NCBI GenBank assembly: GCA_003660975.1
Contig: QMVG01000004.1
Span: 12,595 to 76,594, forward strand
Direction of reading: 5' to 3'
Length of the DNA stretch: 64,000 nucleotides
DNA from: Candidatus Micrarchaeota archaeon
GTDB taxonomy: Archaea > B1Sed10-29 > B47-G15
Shown here: positions 54,877-64,000 of the stretch, piece by piece
Position numbering within the stretch: position 1 is the first letter of the stretch
How the letters are laid out: each line of letters begins with the position of its first letter
Notes under the pieces: model-generated
The model's database searches: none
What the model was told of the DNA's origin: nothing
What the model saw: the letters and a program-made list of their open reading frames with translations, nothing else
Program-made: the position numbers and the translations under genes

Positions 54877-55681
54877 TGCCTAGCTTTTCTGCAAACGTTG
54901 GCTTTTTAACCTGATAGAAAATGCCCATGGCTATCTTTGATTTCGGGTCTAATGAATAATCCCACTCAGCAGCTATCTTATAAGCTTCCTCAAAGCTCTG
55001 CTTATTGTTTCCCTCTACCCAGTACAAGTGCTGCTTAATGAAATCTCTTGTGTCATGGAAGGTCAGGCAAGGCTGCATTACCTCTACGACAGAAGCGCCC
55101 TCGTGCTTTACTGCTTCTTTGAGTATCTCTTTTGTTTTCTGGATGTCAAGAGCATACGTCCTGGCCACGAAGGTAGCGCCTGATGACAATGCCAACGTCA
55201 GAGGGTTTATTGGATTCTCGTAGTTGCCTTGCGGCGTTGTTTTTCCCTTAAATCCTCTCTCTGTTGTGGGCGTTGCCTGGCCTGTTGTCAAAGCAAAGAC
55301 CTGGTTGTCGTGGATTACCATGGTCATGTCAGTGTTGTGCCTGCAAGCGTATATGTAGTGAGACACCCCTTCTGCCAAGGCGTCTCCGTCTCCAGCAAAG
55401 ACAATTGGCTTCAGCTTTGGGTTCGCTATTCTAAGGCCAACACCAATGGGAATTGCCCTGCCGTGCAGGGAGTAAAAGCCGTTAATGTTTAGGTAATCAA
55501 AGATTTTAGCATGACATCCTATGCCAGTGACCTGCACTATGTTCTTTCTCTCAACAGCCTTTTCATTCACAAGCTCTGCAATGGCCTGCTTGGTGGCTGT
55601 CAGGATAGCGAAATTTGTGCAACCAGGACACCAAGTTATTGGCTCTTTTGTTGAAAGCTCATTAACAGTAAGTTCAGGCAT
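54869..55681 (-). CDS. 2-oxoacid:ferredoxin oxidoreductase, beta (TPP-binding) subunit
   Basis: WCPGCTNF and GDGDALAEG TPP-binding motifs. 8-nt overlap with the alpha subunit gene. Confidence 0.9.
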   Translation of the reverse strand: MPELTVNELSTKEPITWCPGCTNFAILTATKQAIAELVNEKAVERKNIVQVTGIGCHAKIFDYLNINGFYSLHGRAIPIGVGLRIANPKLKPIVFAGDGDALAEGVSHYIYACRHNTDMTMVIHDNQVFALTTGQATPTTERGFKGKTTPQGNYENPINPLTLALSSGATFVARTYALDIQKTKEILKEAVKHEGASVVEVMQPCLTFHDTRDFIKQHLYWVEGNNKQSFEEAYKIAAEWDYSLDPKSKIAMGIFYQVKKPTFAEKLGIK

Positions 55682-57281
55682 GTTTTACTCCCTCCACAAT
55701 CTCCTTGGCAGAGAAAGGCCTTGCATCGTATTTCAAAACCTTCTTCTTTACGATTATCCCTGTTTTCTCAGCTATGATGTCTGCTAGCTGGCCTGTCACA
55801 TTGTTCTCTACATCTACAATCTCATCTGCCTTCTCCAATACTTCCTTAACCACCTTAGACGGGAACGGCGACAGGTATCTTATTTGAAGGTATGAGTATC
55901 CATCAAGTTCTCTCAAGGCATCTAATATTGCCCCTTTGGTAGAGCCCCATCCAACTATGACCTTACTCCCATTTCCATACATCTTTACAGGCTCTAATTG
56001 CATTACCTCTTTTTCCAAAGTCTTCATCTTCCTCATTCTCTTGTCGTTCATCTTGACAGTCATCTCTGGGTCTTCTGTAGTGTTCGAATACTCGTCGTGC
56101 TCATAGCTAGTTGCCTTAACCACCACATTGTCATCTTCACCTGGTATTGCTCTTGGGCTCAAGCCGTCTTCAGTAATTTTGTAGTGAGCGTAATTTTTAT
56201 CTGCCTTAATGATAAACTTTTCTGGTTTTCTCTTTGGCTTTACAAACTCTTCAATAGTGAACTGGCTTTCCGCAACGTGCTTGTCTGTTAGAATGATAGC
56301 CAATGTCCTGTATTTGTATGCCAAGTAAAACGCTTCCTGAGTCAATTCGTATATCTCATCAGGCAGGCCTGGAGCAACAACTATTCTCGGAAATTCTCCA
56401 TGCCCTATGTTCAGAGCCATCTTCAGGTCAGCCTGAGCTGTATACGTAGGCAGGCCAGTTGCAGGCCCTGTTCTCTGGGCCAGGTTTATCACCAGAGGAG
56501 TTTCAGATATGCCTGCCAAGGAACAAGCTTCTCCCATGAGCGCTAAACCACCGCTGCTCGTAGCTGCCATTGCCATCTTACCAGCGTATGAGGCAGCAAT
56601 AACCCCGTGCACTACTGCTATCTCATTTTCCATCTGCACTGCCTTCAGCTTTTCATTTTGATGAGCTGCTATGTAATGAAAAACAGGAGTCGCAGGCGTC
56701 ATTGGATATCCTATGAACCTCTCAAGGCCAGCATCTATGGCTGCCTTGCCAAGCGTTTGGCTTCCGCTTATTATGAAGGCATTAAGCTCTTTTCCATTGT
56801 CTATGCTAAACACGGTTTCAGCAGCATCATAGCCTCTTGAAGCTATCTCAAGCTGCTTCTCTCCAAGGCTCTCCTTTACTACAGACAGAATTACCTCTTT
56901 CTTCATTCCGATTGTCTTTGCAAGCACGCCCACAAAGAAGCTGTTTTTTGAGATAGGAGGTAAGTTGAGCTCTTTTATTGCCTCGTCTGCCTGGGGATAA
57001 TCCTTATACAAGATAACTATGCCACCACTTTTCAAATGGCTCTTGTGCTTTTCAGCTGTCTCATCGTTGAGGGCAAGTATAACATCATATTCCCACTCGT
57101 TTGAGAATACTTTTTCCTTTGAGAAGCTTATCACGTTGAAATTGTGCCCTCCTCTTATCAGGGATTGGTAATCCCTATAGTTGAAGGAGTAATAACCTAT
57201 TCTCCTCAAAGCTTCTGTTACTATTTCAGAAGCCTTTTCAACGCCTTGGCCTGCTTGGCCTCCAATCAGAATTGATTTCAT
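55674..57281 (-). CDS. 2-oxoacid:ferredoxin oxidoreductase, fused gamma-alpha subunit
   Basis: The N-terminal IGGQAGQGVEKASEI region is gamma-like, followed by the alpha-type GYPMTPATPVFHY and a transketolase-like domain. Confidence 0.85.
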   Translation of the reverse strand: MKSILIGGQAGQGVEKASEIVTEALRRIGYYSFNYRDYQSLIRGGHNFNVISFSKEKVFSNEWEYDVILALNDETAEKHKSHLKSGGIVILYKDYPQADEAIKELNLPPISKNSFFVGVLAKTIGMKKEVILSVVKESLGEKQLEIASRGYDAAETVFSIDNGKELNAFIISGSQTLGKAAIDAGLERFIGYPMTPATPVFHYIAAHQNEKLKAVQMENEIAVVHGVIAASYAGKMAMAATSSGGLALMGEACSLAGISETPLVINLAQRTGPATGLPTYTAQADLKMALNIGHGEFPRIVVAPGLPDEIYELTQEAFYLAYKYRTLAIILTDKHVAESQFTIEEFVKPKRKPEKFIIKADKNYAHYKITEDGLSPRAIPGEDDNVVVKATSYEHDEYSNTTEDPEMTVKMNDKRMRKMKTLEKEVMQLEPVKMYGNGSKVIVGWGSTKGAILDALRELDGYSYLQIRYLSPFPSKVVKEVLEKADEIVDVENNVTGQLADIIAEKTGIIVKKKVLKYDARPFSAKEIVEGVKHA

Positions 57282-57412
57282 ACATATCCTCATTTTAATA
57301 GAAGCAATTGAAGGTAATTTAAGTTTTTACACCTTAATAAATCTTTCAGAAGCATTTTTGCACCAAAATATTTATATGCTTCAAGTTCATATTCTACTAC
57401 GACGGTGATCTG

Positions 57413-58228
57413 ATGTCAGTGATTATCGCAGGCCTCATGGTTCTATCCAGCATACTCATTCTATTGCTCGTTATGTACCGAAAGATGACCCAGCTGACAG
57501 TTGAGATGATACCTCAGGCAGAGCCAGAGGCAGAGCTAGAGGATGAAGAGGAGATCAGAAGGTTAAACGAGTTGATAGCTGAGTACATAAGGCAGAGGAA
57601 CAGCGAGGAAGCCAAGAAGATTGAGGAAACGATAAAGGCAGAGGCCGATAAAGAGCTTGAGAAGCTGGGCATCATAGAAAAGCCAAAGAAAAAGGCAGTG
57701 GCAGTTGCCACGACTAAGGGGAGTGCCTCAGTGTCTGCGGATTCATCGCCCAAGAGAGTAAAAGCAAAAAGCGTTAAGGTCAAGGCTCCCAAGAGAGTGG
57801 CAAAGAAGACAAGGAAGAAGAGCAGCGTTAAGAAAGCAAAGCCTAAAAAAGCAGCGAAAGGCAAGAAATCTGCCAAAAAAGCTGTTAAGAAGAGCAAGGC
57901 CAAAAAAGAGTTTCACCTGAGCGATGTTCTGCTTCCCGTGGACAAGGCCTTTTACTTTAAGCACCCTGAAACAGGAGTCACCATGTACGCCCGCTCTCTT
58001 GACGAGTTCCTTTACGCTCTTCAGAATTTGCCGCAGGAAAGCTTTGACTTTCACCTGAGGGAGGACCAGAACGATTTTGCTAATTGGCTGAAGCACGTGC
58101 TTCACGAACACAAATTAGCAAATGAAATAGAGAAGATAAAGATGAAGCACGGTGCTGACAGGGAGAAAATCATAAAAGCAGTGGAGAACAGGGTTTCCCA
58201 GATAAGGAAAGTAGACTTCATACACTAA
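57413..58228 (+). CDS. membrane-anchored Lys-rich protein, hypothetical
   Basis: N-terminal TM (VIIAGLMVLSSILILLLVMY), a central K/A-rich low-complexity segment, and a conserved-looking C-terminal ~110 aa of unknown function. Confidence 0.5.
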   Translation: MSVIIAGLMVLSSILILLLVMYRKMTQLTVEMIPQAEPEAELEDEEEIRRLNELIAEYIRQRNSEEAKKIEETIKAEADKELEKLGIIEKPKKKAVAVATTKGSASVSADSSPKRVKAKSVKVKAPKRVAKKTRKKSSVKKAKPKKAAKGKKSAKKAVKKSKAKKEFHLSDVLLPVDKAFYFKHPETGVTMYARSLDEFLYALQNLPQESFDFHLREDQNDFANWLKHVLHEHKLANEIEKIKMKHGADREKIIKAVENRVSQIRKVDFIH

Positions 58229-58426
58229 TTATATTTTTACAAAGCCAAATATTACTAAAAATGCTGCAATGCCAACAGCAGCTATGAAATACTTATTGTT
58301 GCTGTATGCCTTAGCAATCATCACAATTATCAGCACTGCTGCCAGGTTCATCAAAATGCCTATGTACTCAAAGCCAGGTATGTGCTTGGCTATAAACCTC
58401 TTCACAAACCACTCGCTCAGGCCCAT
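58229..58426 (-). CDS. small membrane protein, hypothetical
   Basis: 65 aa with two hydrophobic helices. Weak support. Confidence 0.35.
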   Translation of the reverse strand: MGLSEWFVKRFIAKHIPGFEYIGILMNLAAVLIIVMIAKAYSNNKYFIAAVGIAAFLVIFGFVKI

Positions 58427-58519
58427 ATTCTTCTTAGAAAGAGCTAGTTTTAAAACCTAACGCTTTTAAAAATAAATTTAACAAAAGGAAGCTTGCGCTT
58501 CCTTTCTTGGTTTCTGGGC

Positions 58520-59134
58520 CTATGGGAATATTGTTTCGTATAGACCTGTGTACGCGCTTGGCGTTGATGTTGGTATTGTCTCTGGTATTCCCTTCTGCGG
58601 CACAATGCTTATTGTGAACTGCGTTGATGGTGGCAATCCATTTGCAGTTCCCAGCTTGTACCATATCTCTATCGTCTCATCTGCATCCACCGAAGCCCTG
58701 TTTGTGTTGGAGTAATCGCTTGGCTTACCTAGGAAAACTGCAGAGTAGGTCTTTCCTGGCAATGTTGACTGCTTTGCGCTTGTTACTGTGTTTGAAGCAG
58801 ACATGTTGTAGTATATTCCAGAGACCTGGGTGTTCTTGGCTGTAAAGCCAAGGAGCGTCTCGTTGAGGTCTATGCTGTCACTTCCAGGAGCCAGTCTTGC
58901 TGTTATCCTCAAATACGTTATGTTGGATGGGTTGCTGGCATCGTTTGTTTCTCCTGTTATTGACATGATTCTCAGCTTTGATGAGACCTCTGCTGTTGAT
59001 TCCTTTCCCGTTTGCAGTGCCTGCCCTTCTAGTGAACCGACTGTCTGCAGGAGTACCATTGCCGCCACTGCTGCCACTAGTATCATGGCAATGAATATTA
59101 TCAGTACTCCTATACCGGATATACCTCTCTTCAT
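58520..59134 (-). CDS. archaellin / archaeal type IV pilin-like protein
   Basis: Class III signal peptide and conserved N-terminus MKRGISGIGVLIIFIAMILVAAVAAMVLLQT...TGKESTAEVSS, as in archaellins. Confidence 0.8.
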   Translation of the reverse strand: MKRGISGIGVLIIFIAMILVAAVAAMVLLQTVGSLEGQALQTGKESTAEVSSKLRIMSITGETNDASNPSNITYLRITARLAPGSDSIDLNETLLGFTAKNTQVSGIYYNMSASNTVTSAKQSTLPGKTYSAVFLGKPSDYSNTNRASVDADETIEIWYKLGTANGLPPSTQFTISIVPQKGIPETIPTSTPSAYTGLYETIFP

Positions 59135-59210
59135 TAAACTTCACCTCATAAGTATTCCACTAAATAAGCTAATAATGAGCTTTGGATTTATAAATCATTA
59201 GGTTTGAAAA

Positions 59211-59543
59211 CTAGAGTTCCTTTAAGTATCCTTTGCTTTTTAGCCAGCTCACTTCTGCCTCTCTGTACTTCCAAATTATATCTCCTTTTTTTTCAGATTC
59301 CACTTCCCAAGGCTTCACGATAACGTAATCATCCAGTCTCACCCAGACCCTTTTCATCCTTCCAGGTATCCTGCACATTCTCACTCTCCCGTCCGAGCAC
59401 TTCACTGACATCCTCTTTCCGCCGTGCAGCGCGTCAACCCTGCCAAATAGCTCACCGTTCTTTGGCAATCTGACTCTAAACTCCTCTCCCTCGTTTTTAA
59501 TCATCTTTTTCTGAGTTTTTCTGTGGCTTGAATACTTTCTCAT
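59211..59543 (-). CDS. eif1a: translation initiation factor aIF-1A
   Basis: S1-like OB fold ELFGRVDALHGGKRMSVKCSDGRVRMCRIPGRMKRVWVRLDDYVIVKPW. Confidence 0.9.
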   Translation of the reverse strand: MRKYSSHRKTQKKMIKNEGEEFRVRLPKNGELFGRVDALHGGKRMSVKCSDGRVRMCRIPGRMKRVWVRLDDYVIVKPWEVESEKKGDIIWKYREAEVSWLKSKGYLKEL

Positions 59544-59552
59544 AATTATCCT

Positions 59553-59828
59553 CTATATCTTTATTATAATAGCATACGGCACGGCTTCAATGCTCTTCGT
59601 GGCCTTTACCAATCCTTCCTCAACAGCAATTCTAACTGCCTCTTTCCCTATGATGTTTATGTTGTCGCTCTCTCTCAGCAATTCCCTGAAGCCTGATTCG
59701 TCAACCAATTCTTCCGCATAGAACGACTTCTTAACCTGCATACATAACTCGCCTTCTTCAAAGATTTCATCTAATATGCTCTCGTCACAAGCTGCTAACA
59801 CTTCACCGTGCTTTTTTACCCATATCAT
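59553..59828 (-). CDS. conserved archaeal small protein (DUF424-like)
   Basis: MIWVKKHGEVLAACDESILDEIFEEGE... Start set at the internal ATG 59828, just after the aIF-2-beta stop. The family name is a recollection. Confidence 0.5.
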   Translation of the reverse strand: MIWVKKHGEVLAACDESILDEIFEEGELCMQVKKSFYAEELVDESGFRELLRESDNINIIGKEAVRIAVEEGLVKATKSIEAVPYAIIIKI

Positions 59829-59832
59829 GATA

Positions 59833-60237
59833 TCACAGCTTTTTGACAGGAGACCTGGCACCGCAGACCTCGCACCTCTTGTAAGGCGCTCCCTCAAATG
59901 TTATCAGCGTTGTGTCCGGCTTGTGGCACTCAGTGCACAGCACGTACTCTTTTATGTATGAGCTCAATCTTGCGTTTAGCTGCTTGTCCGTAAACCTGCC
60001 TTGCAGTATTATCCTTCCGTTGTCGTAATTTCCAGACGTGGCCAGCTCTTTTATGAAAAACTTCATTATGTGCTGGACATCTCTTCTGAGCTTGTTTGCG
60101 ATTTCGTTTGCGTTCCTTATTACTGTCTGGTTCCCCTGCTGGTAGGACTCCACAACAGGAGGCTCCCATCTCTCCTTGGCATGAACCTTGTCAGGTATTG
60201 ATTTGTATGCCTTTTCCAACAGCGTTTCGTAGTCCAT
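59833..60237 (-). CDS. eif2b: translation initiation factor aIF-2 beta subunit
   Basis: C-terminal zinc ribbon CTECHKPDT...CEVCG and the conserved central domain (GRFTDKQLNARLSSYIKEYVLC). Confidence 0.9.
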   Translation of the reverse strand: MDYETLLEKAYKSIPDKVHAKERWEPPVVESYQQGNQTVIRNANEIANKLRRDVQHIMKFFIKELATSGNYDNGRIILQGRFTDKQLNARLSSYIKEYVLCTECHKPDTTLITFEGAPYKRCEVCGARSPVKKL

Positions 60238-60243
60238 AAGAAG

Positions 60244-60600
60244 TCAACCTTCATTGCACTTGATTTCCAATTGCCGCAATACCTGATATTTGGGGTTATA
60301 TACCTTTTTAATGATTTCTCCAACCAGCTCGTCTCCCTCAACCTTTCCTATGACTATGGCGAGGTCTCCTTCTTTTATCTCCTTTGCCATCAGCCGAGTC
60401 CAGCCAGTAAACTTGGCCTTCACAGAAGCGGACTCGTCCTCTAAGCTTATGCCAACAATATCGTCTCCCTCTATGCTTCTGACCTTGCCTAGAACATTTA
60501 CTCGAGAATGTCTCTTTACGTCAGCGAGCCTGCACTTCACTGCTGCCTCTCTCATCATAATCATTTTATCCTTTAAGTCATTAAATAACTTTATGCGCAT
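60244..60600 (-). CDS. OB-fold-like small protein, hypothetical
   Basis: 118 aa. The RVNVLGKVRSIE...AIVIGKVE pattern resembles nucleic-acid-binding OB folds. Weak support. Confidence 0.45.
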   Translation of the reverse strand: MRIKLFNDLKDKMIMMREAAVKCRLADVKRHSRVNVLGKVRSIEGDDIVGISLEDESASVKAKFTGWTRLMAKEIKEGDLAIVIGKVEGDELVGEIIKKVYNPKYQVLRQLEIKCNEG

Positions 60601-60601
60601 T

Positions 60602-61180
60602 ATGGAATTGTATAACTATTTATTCTCTCTTTTGGGAAGGCAGGCCTGGTGGCCTGCGGATAGCCCTTTTGAGGTTGCTGTTGGAGCAGTCCTGACCCAG
60701 AACGTCTCCTGGAAGAATGTTGAGAAGTCAATTGAAACTTTGAAGAGGAAAAGAATGATGAGCCCGCAGGCCATAGCAAAGGCCAAGCTTTCTCATTTAG
60801 AGAGCTTGATAAAAGCTTCTGGCTTTTACAGGAGGAAAGCCAGGACATTAAAAGAGCTTTCCAAGCTTTTTATCTCGTCAGGAGGCGTTGGGGAGTTTTT
60901 TGAAGGAGAAACAGCAGAGCTAAGGAAGAAATTGCTCTCAATAAAAGGCATAGGGCCAGAAACAGCAGATTCGATACTGCTTTATGCAGGTGGGCATCTC
61001 ATCTTTCCTGTGGACAACTACACGAGAAGGCTCTCCAAAAAATTTGGCATATGCAGTTCTCAAAATTACGAAGCAATCAGGCAGTGCTTTGAGATGGAGC
61101 TTCCGAAAGACGTTGAGGTCTACAAAGAGATGCACGCTTTGATAGTTGAGTTTTGCAAGCGCTTCAAATCAGAGTGCTGA
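60602..61180 (+). CDS. HhH-GPD superfamily DNA glycosylase (endonuclease III-like)
   Basis: FEVAVGAVLTQNVSW, the helix-hairpin-helix LLSIKGIGPETADSILLYA and a downstream Asp (FPVDNY). Start set at ATG 60602; the ORF-track N-terminal 104 codons are antisense to the neighbouring gene. Confidence 0.8.
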   Translation: MELYNYLFSLLGRQAWWPADSPFEVAVGAVLTQNVSWKNVEKSIETLKRKRMMSPQAIAKAKLSHLESLIKASGFYRRKARTLKELSKLFISSGGVGEFFEGETAELRKKLLSIKGIGPETADSILLYAGGHLIFPVDNYTRRLSKKFGICSSQNYEAIRQCFEMELPKDVEVYKEMHALIVEFCKRFKSEC

Positions 61181-61991
61181 TTAAAAGCCCAAGGCAGGCA
61201 GCTGCTGATATTGGAGGCAGGGCAGGAAGCGCTTTTCCCTTTTTTCCCATAACAAACTCAAACAGCAGAAGCAGGCCAAAAAGGGAAAACACCATGACAA
61301 AGTACGCTGCTTTTGGGCCGTAATGTATTAATGAAGACACTGCCAGCGTTAAAGGCACTACCAGGTCTCCCCCTCCCAATTGGTAAGCATACGCTTTTCT
61401 CTTTCCCTTTCCCACAGCAGTTGGAAGGGAAGCTGTGAAAGCAGTTGGCCTTTCAGTCATTGCCTTTGCCATATAAACCATGTGCTTGGTGTAGAACACT
61501 GAGATAAAGTCATAGGCAGACAAAAGGAGCATGAAAAACACTATTGCCAGGGGCGAGAAAGAAATGCCTATAATGGCTCCTGCCCCTGCTGTTGAGAAGA
61601 TAAGGGCAGTGTTTTGCGTTAAGATATTTGGTTTCAGCATCTTGGCAGCCGTTAGCAGTATTGCCATCACTGTTCCAATGGGGATAACGTTAAAAACCAC
61701 AAAGGGAAATAGGAGCTCAAAAACAATATCGCTCATGAAAAACACGGCAAGTGCCTCCAAGAGCAAGAGCATTTTCTTGAAGAGCTTTATCGTGATTATG
61801 ATTATGAGGGTAACAGCCAAGATATAAATGAAAAGCTCAATGACTGTTGATATGTCCGAGCCTCCTGTTATGGGGCTTTCCAGGCTGCCCTTCTCAATTG
61901 AAGCAATGTATCTGACAGCTGTTGCTATCCCTATTAACTGCACGCTAACAAAGAGGATTATAATCGTAATTCTTAACATCTGCTTGTTCAT
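61164..61991 (-). CDS. presenilin/signal-peptide-peptidase-family intramembrane aspartyl protease
   Basis: YD (SAYDFISVF), GxGD (LGGGDLV) and PAL (LPALPP) motifs in a ~9-TM protein. Confidence 0.8.
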   Translation of the reverse strand: MNKQMLRITIIILFVSVQLIGIATAVRYIASIEKGSLESPITGGSDISTVIELFIYILAVTLIIIITIKLFKKMLLLLEALAVFFMSDIVFELLFPFVVFNVIPIGTVMAILLTAAKMLKPNILTQNTALIFSTAGAGAIIGISFSPLAIVFFMLLLSAYDFISVFYTKHMVYMAKAMTERPTAFTASLPTAVGKGKRKAYAYQLGGGDLVVPLTLAVSSLIHYGPKAAYFVMVFSLFGLLLLFEFVMGKKGKALPALPPISAAACLGLLISTLI

Positions 61992-61995
61992 GCTC

Positions 61996-64000
61996 TCACT
62001 TCATTTCTGTTGTCCTGTAGACGTCGTGCTTTGGCGAATAGATGTCTCCCCTCTTCTTGAGATTGTGGAGAATCTCCTGCAATTCCTCTGCGTCTATTCT
62101 TATCTTCTCTGCTTCCTCAACCAGCATCTCATGGTTTACTTCGTCATATTCCTTCTCCAGCCGTTTTATCAGGTTGTAGATGCTCCTTATCTTGTCTGAC
62201 TTTGACTTTGGCTGCCCTATTGCTATGATGTCTATGTCATACTTGCCTGTCTCTGGGTCTATTCCTATTTTCTTCAGGCAGAAGGTAATGAGCCTTATAG
62301 CCCTTTCGGCATCTTCTATCTCAACTGTTTCGCTCAATCTCACCTTGGCAGAGGCTTCAGCCAGCCTCACTATGGCCTCTAGCTGCCTTGCTGTTATAGG
62401 TATGCTTCCTTGGTTTTCCCCTATGCTCCTCAGGTTGACGTAAAAGTCCCTTATCTTTTCTATGGCTTCTTGGGATAGCACAGGCATTACGTGCTTCCTG
62501 CTGTAAGCGATGTACTTTTGAAGGAATTCTGGTTCTAAAGCAGGAGCTACCTTTTCCTCGCTCTCCTCTCCCTTTACACTCTGCGCAGCATACCTATGCG
62601 TCTTTAGAATGTACTCAGCCATCTCTGCATCTCTTTTCTTGTCAAGCACGTCCCTTACAGGGAAGATTAGGTCAAAGCGAGAGATTATTGTAGGGGGTAT
62701 GTCAAACTGTTCAGCAGGCGCTGTGTTTGGGTCAAACCTTCCGTATTTCGGGTTGGCTGCTGCTAATATCGCTGTGTTGGCCTTGAATGTTGTTATTATG
62801 CCTGCCTTAGCCACGTGTATCTCCTGCGTTTCCATTGCCTCGTGCATTGCAGCCCTGTCCTCTGGAGACATCTTGTCAAACTCATCTATCATTGCCATGC
62901 CGCCAGCTGCCAGCACAAGAGCGCCTGCTTTCAGCACCCATGTGCCTTCCCCAAATTCCTCCTTTTCAGCAGTGGCAGTTAAACCAGCAGCACTTGAGCT
63001 TTTTCCAGAAACATATATGCCTTTCGGAGCAAGTGAGTTAACATATTGAAGCAGCCTTGATTTAGCAGTGCCTGGGTCACCTATGAGAAGTATGTGCATA
63101 TCAGGCCTTATTCTCATGCCATCAGGAGTCATCTTTCCAGGCGTTCCTCCAAATAGCTGTAATGCAATAGCCTCCTTTATCTCATCATGGCCGTATATGG
63201 AAGGCGCTATGCTCTTTACGATTTTCTTATAAACGTCAGGGTCTTGGGAGAGCTGTTTTATCTTTTGCATGTCCTCTGCACTCAATTCAATTTCCTCAAA
63301 CTCTTTCTCCTTCTTCACAAAGTTGTTGACGTCTATAAACTTGTTGAATATGCTCCCCTTCCTTTTTGGAGCTTCCAGCCTCAGCACTCCTATTACCTCT
63401 ATCTTGTCTCCTGGCACCAATCTGTTCGTCAAGTCATCTTCTAGCCACAGCGTGATGGTTTTTACCTGCTCTCCTCCTCTAAGCACTTCAAGAGGTTCCT
63501 GGATCTCTGCCTTTTGAGTGTCTATGAACTTTGACTCTTCAAGAATAAGCTCAAAACTCTTTCCTCCGCAAACACAAACAGTTGGCTCTGTTAGTTTCTC
63601 GCTCTGCTCCTCCTGCTTTACAGAGATTCTCCTCAAGCAGTTCTTGCACTCAAAAACAGCCTCAACTATCTTGGGCTTTACTTCTGTTACCTTTGTCACG
63701 ACACCGTCCACGCTTATGAACTTATTTATGTGCTGGCTGCTGAGGTTTCTTAACAGCACCTTGTTTTCAGGTGGCAGGTTGTAGAATCTCACATGTGGCT
63801 TGAACTCCTCTCCTGTGCCTGAGAGTAAGCCCATTTGGATTATGGCGTCTCTTGCTGCTCTTATCGTCTGATATGGCTTCTCTATAACGTCATCAGCCAA
63901 TTTTATATCATATTTGTCTAGCTCTTGATAGTCTATCTCAACACTTCTTTTTTCAGGAAATAACTGGGCTATCCTTGTAATCTCGTCTTTATATTTCTCA
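61996..64000 (-). CDS. mcm: MCM replicative helicase (N-terminus beyond the right edge of the window)
   Basis: Zn motif CKNC...CVCG, Walker A GDPGTAKS, Walker B MIDEFDKM, arginine finger SRFDLIF. My translation upstream of the ORF-track TTG start stays open to position 64000 (...LFPEKRSVEIDYQELDKYDIKLADDVIEKPY). Confidence 0.95.
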   Translation of the reverse strand, partial: EKYKDEITRIAQLFPEKRSVEIDYQELDKYDIKLADDVIEKPYQTIRAARDAIIQMGLLSGTGEEFKPHVRFYNLPPENKVLLRNLSSQHINKFISVDGVVTKVTEVKPKIVEAVFECKNCLRRISVKQEEQSEKLTEPTVCVCGGKSFELILEESKFIDTQKAEIQEPLEVLRGGEQVKTITLWLEDDLTNRLVPGDKIEVIGVLRLEAPKRKGSIFNKFIDVNNFVKKEKEFEEIELSAEDMQKIKQLSQDPDVYKKIVKSIAPSIYGHDEIKEAIALQLFGGTPGKMTPDGMRIRPDMHILLIGDPGTAKSRLLQYVNSLAPKGIYVSGKSSSAAGLTATAEKEEFGEGTWVLKAGALVLAAGGMAMIDEFDKMSPEDRAAMHEAMETQEIHVAKAGIITTFKANTAILAAANPKYGRFDPNTAPAEQFDIPPTIISRFDLIFPVRDVLDKKRDAEMAEYILKTHRYAAQSVKGEESEEKVAPALEPEFLQKYIAYSRKHVMPVLSQEAIEKIRDFYVNLRSIGENQGSIPITARQLEAIVRLAEASAKVRLSETVEIEDAERAIRLITFCLKKIGIDPETGKYDIDIIAIGQPKSKSDKIRSIYNLIKRLEKEYDEVNHEMLVEEAEKIRIDAEELQEILHNLKKRGDIYSPKHDVYRTTEMK

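Noticed and set aside
60290-60601. 104-codon N-terminal extension of the HhH-GPD glycosylase ORF.
   Set aside because: It is entirely antisense to the OB-fold gene 60244..60600 and Ser/Pro/Thr-rich. The conserved glycosylase sequence starts at the ATG at 60602.

Overview
This is an AT-rich, gene-dense archaeal chromosomal segment. Archaeal markers include MCM, SMC, aIF1A, aIF2-beta, a secE-spt5-L11-L1-P0-P1 block next to ftsZ, a second ftsZ paralog, archaeal-type SAM synthetase, an archaellin, an SRP RNA and a tRNA with a bulge-helix-bulge intron. The small-genome, DPANN-like flavour is my inference only. I support about 75 CDS, 4 tRNAs, 1 SRP RNA, one CRISPR array and several repeat clusters. 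The stand-out is an accessory island at about 44.2-49.65 kb, directly downstream of a tRNA-Leu whose 3' end is duplicated several times. The island holds a miniature (586-593 aa) TnpB-like protein with a split RuvC domain and zinc ribbon. Next comes a 342-bp spacer region carrying a nearly full-length anti-repeat plus strong hairpins (candidate tracrRNA). After that is a CRISPR array of fifteen 37-bp repeats and 14 spacers, then a tightly packed cas1-cas2-cas4 adaptation module. This is the architecture of an ultra-compact type V CRISPR-Cas system; from memory it resembles the Cas14/Cas12f class reported from uncultivated archaea, but I cannot run a search to confirm this. Secondary observations are listed as findings. 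They include a hairpin repeat family clustered beside three of the four tRNA genes, a C/D-box-like motif inside the tRNA-Thr intron, and an unassigned GC-rich structured element downstream of pyrG. They also include a 1383-aa sequon-rich surface protein, a glycosyltransferase/flippase-like cluster and a 37-aa hyper-acidic micro-ORF. Coordinates for RNA and repeat features were counted by eye and may be off by 1-2 nt. CDS ends follow the ORF track, with some starts moved to better-supported internal start codons.
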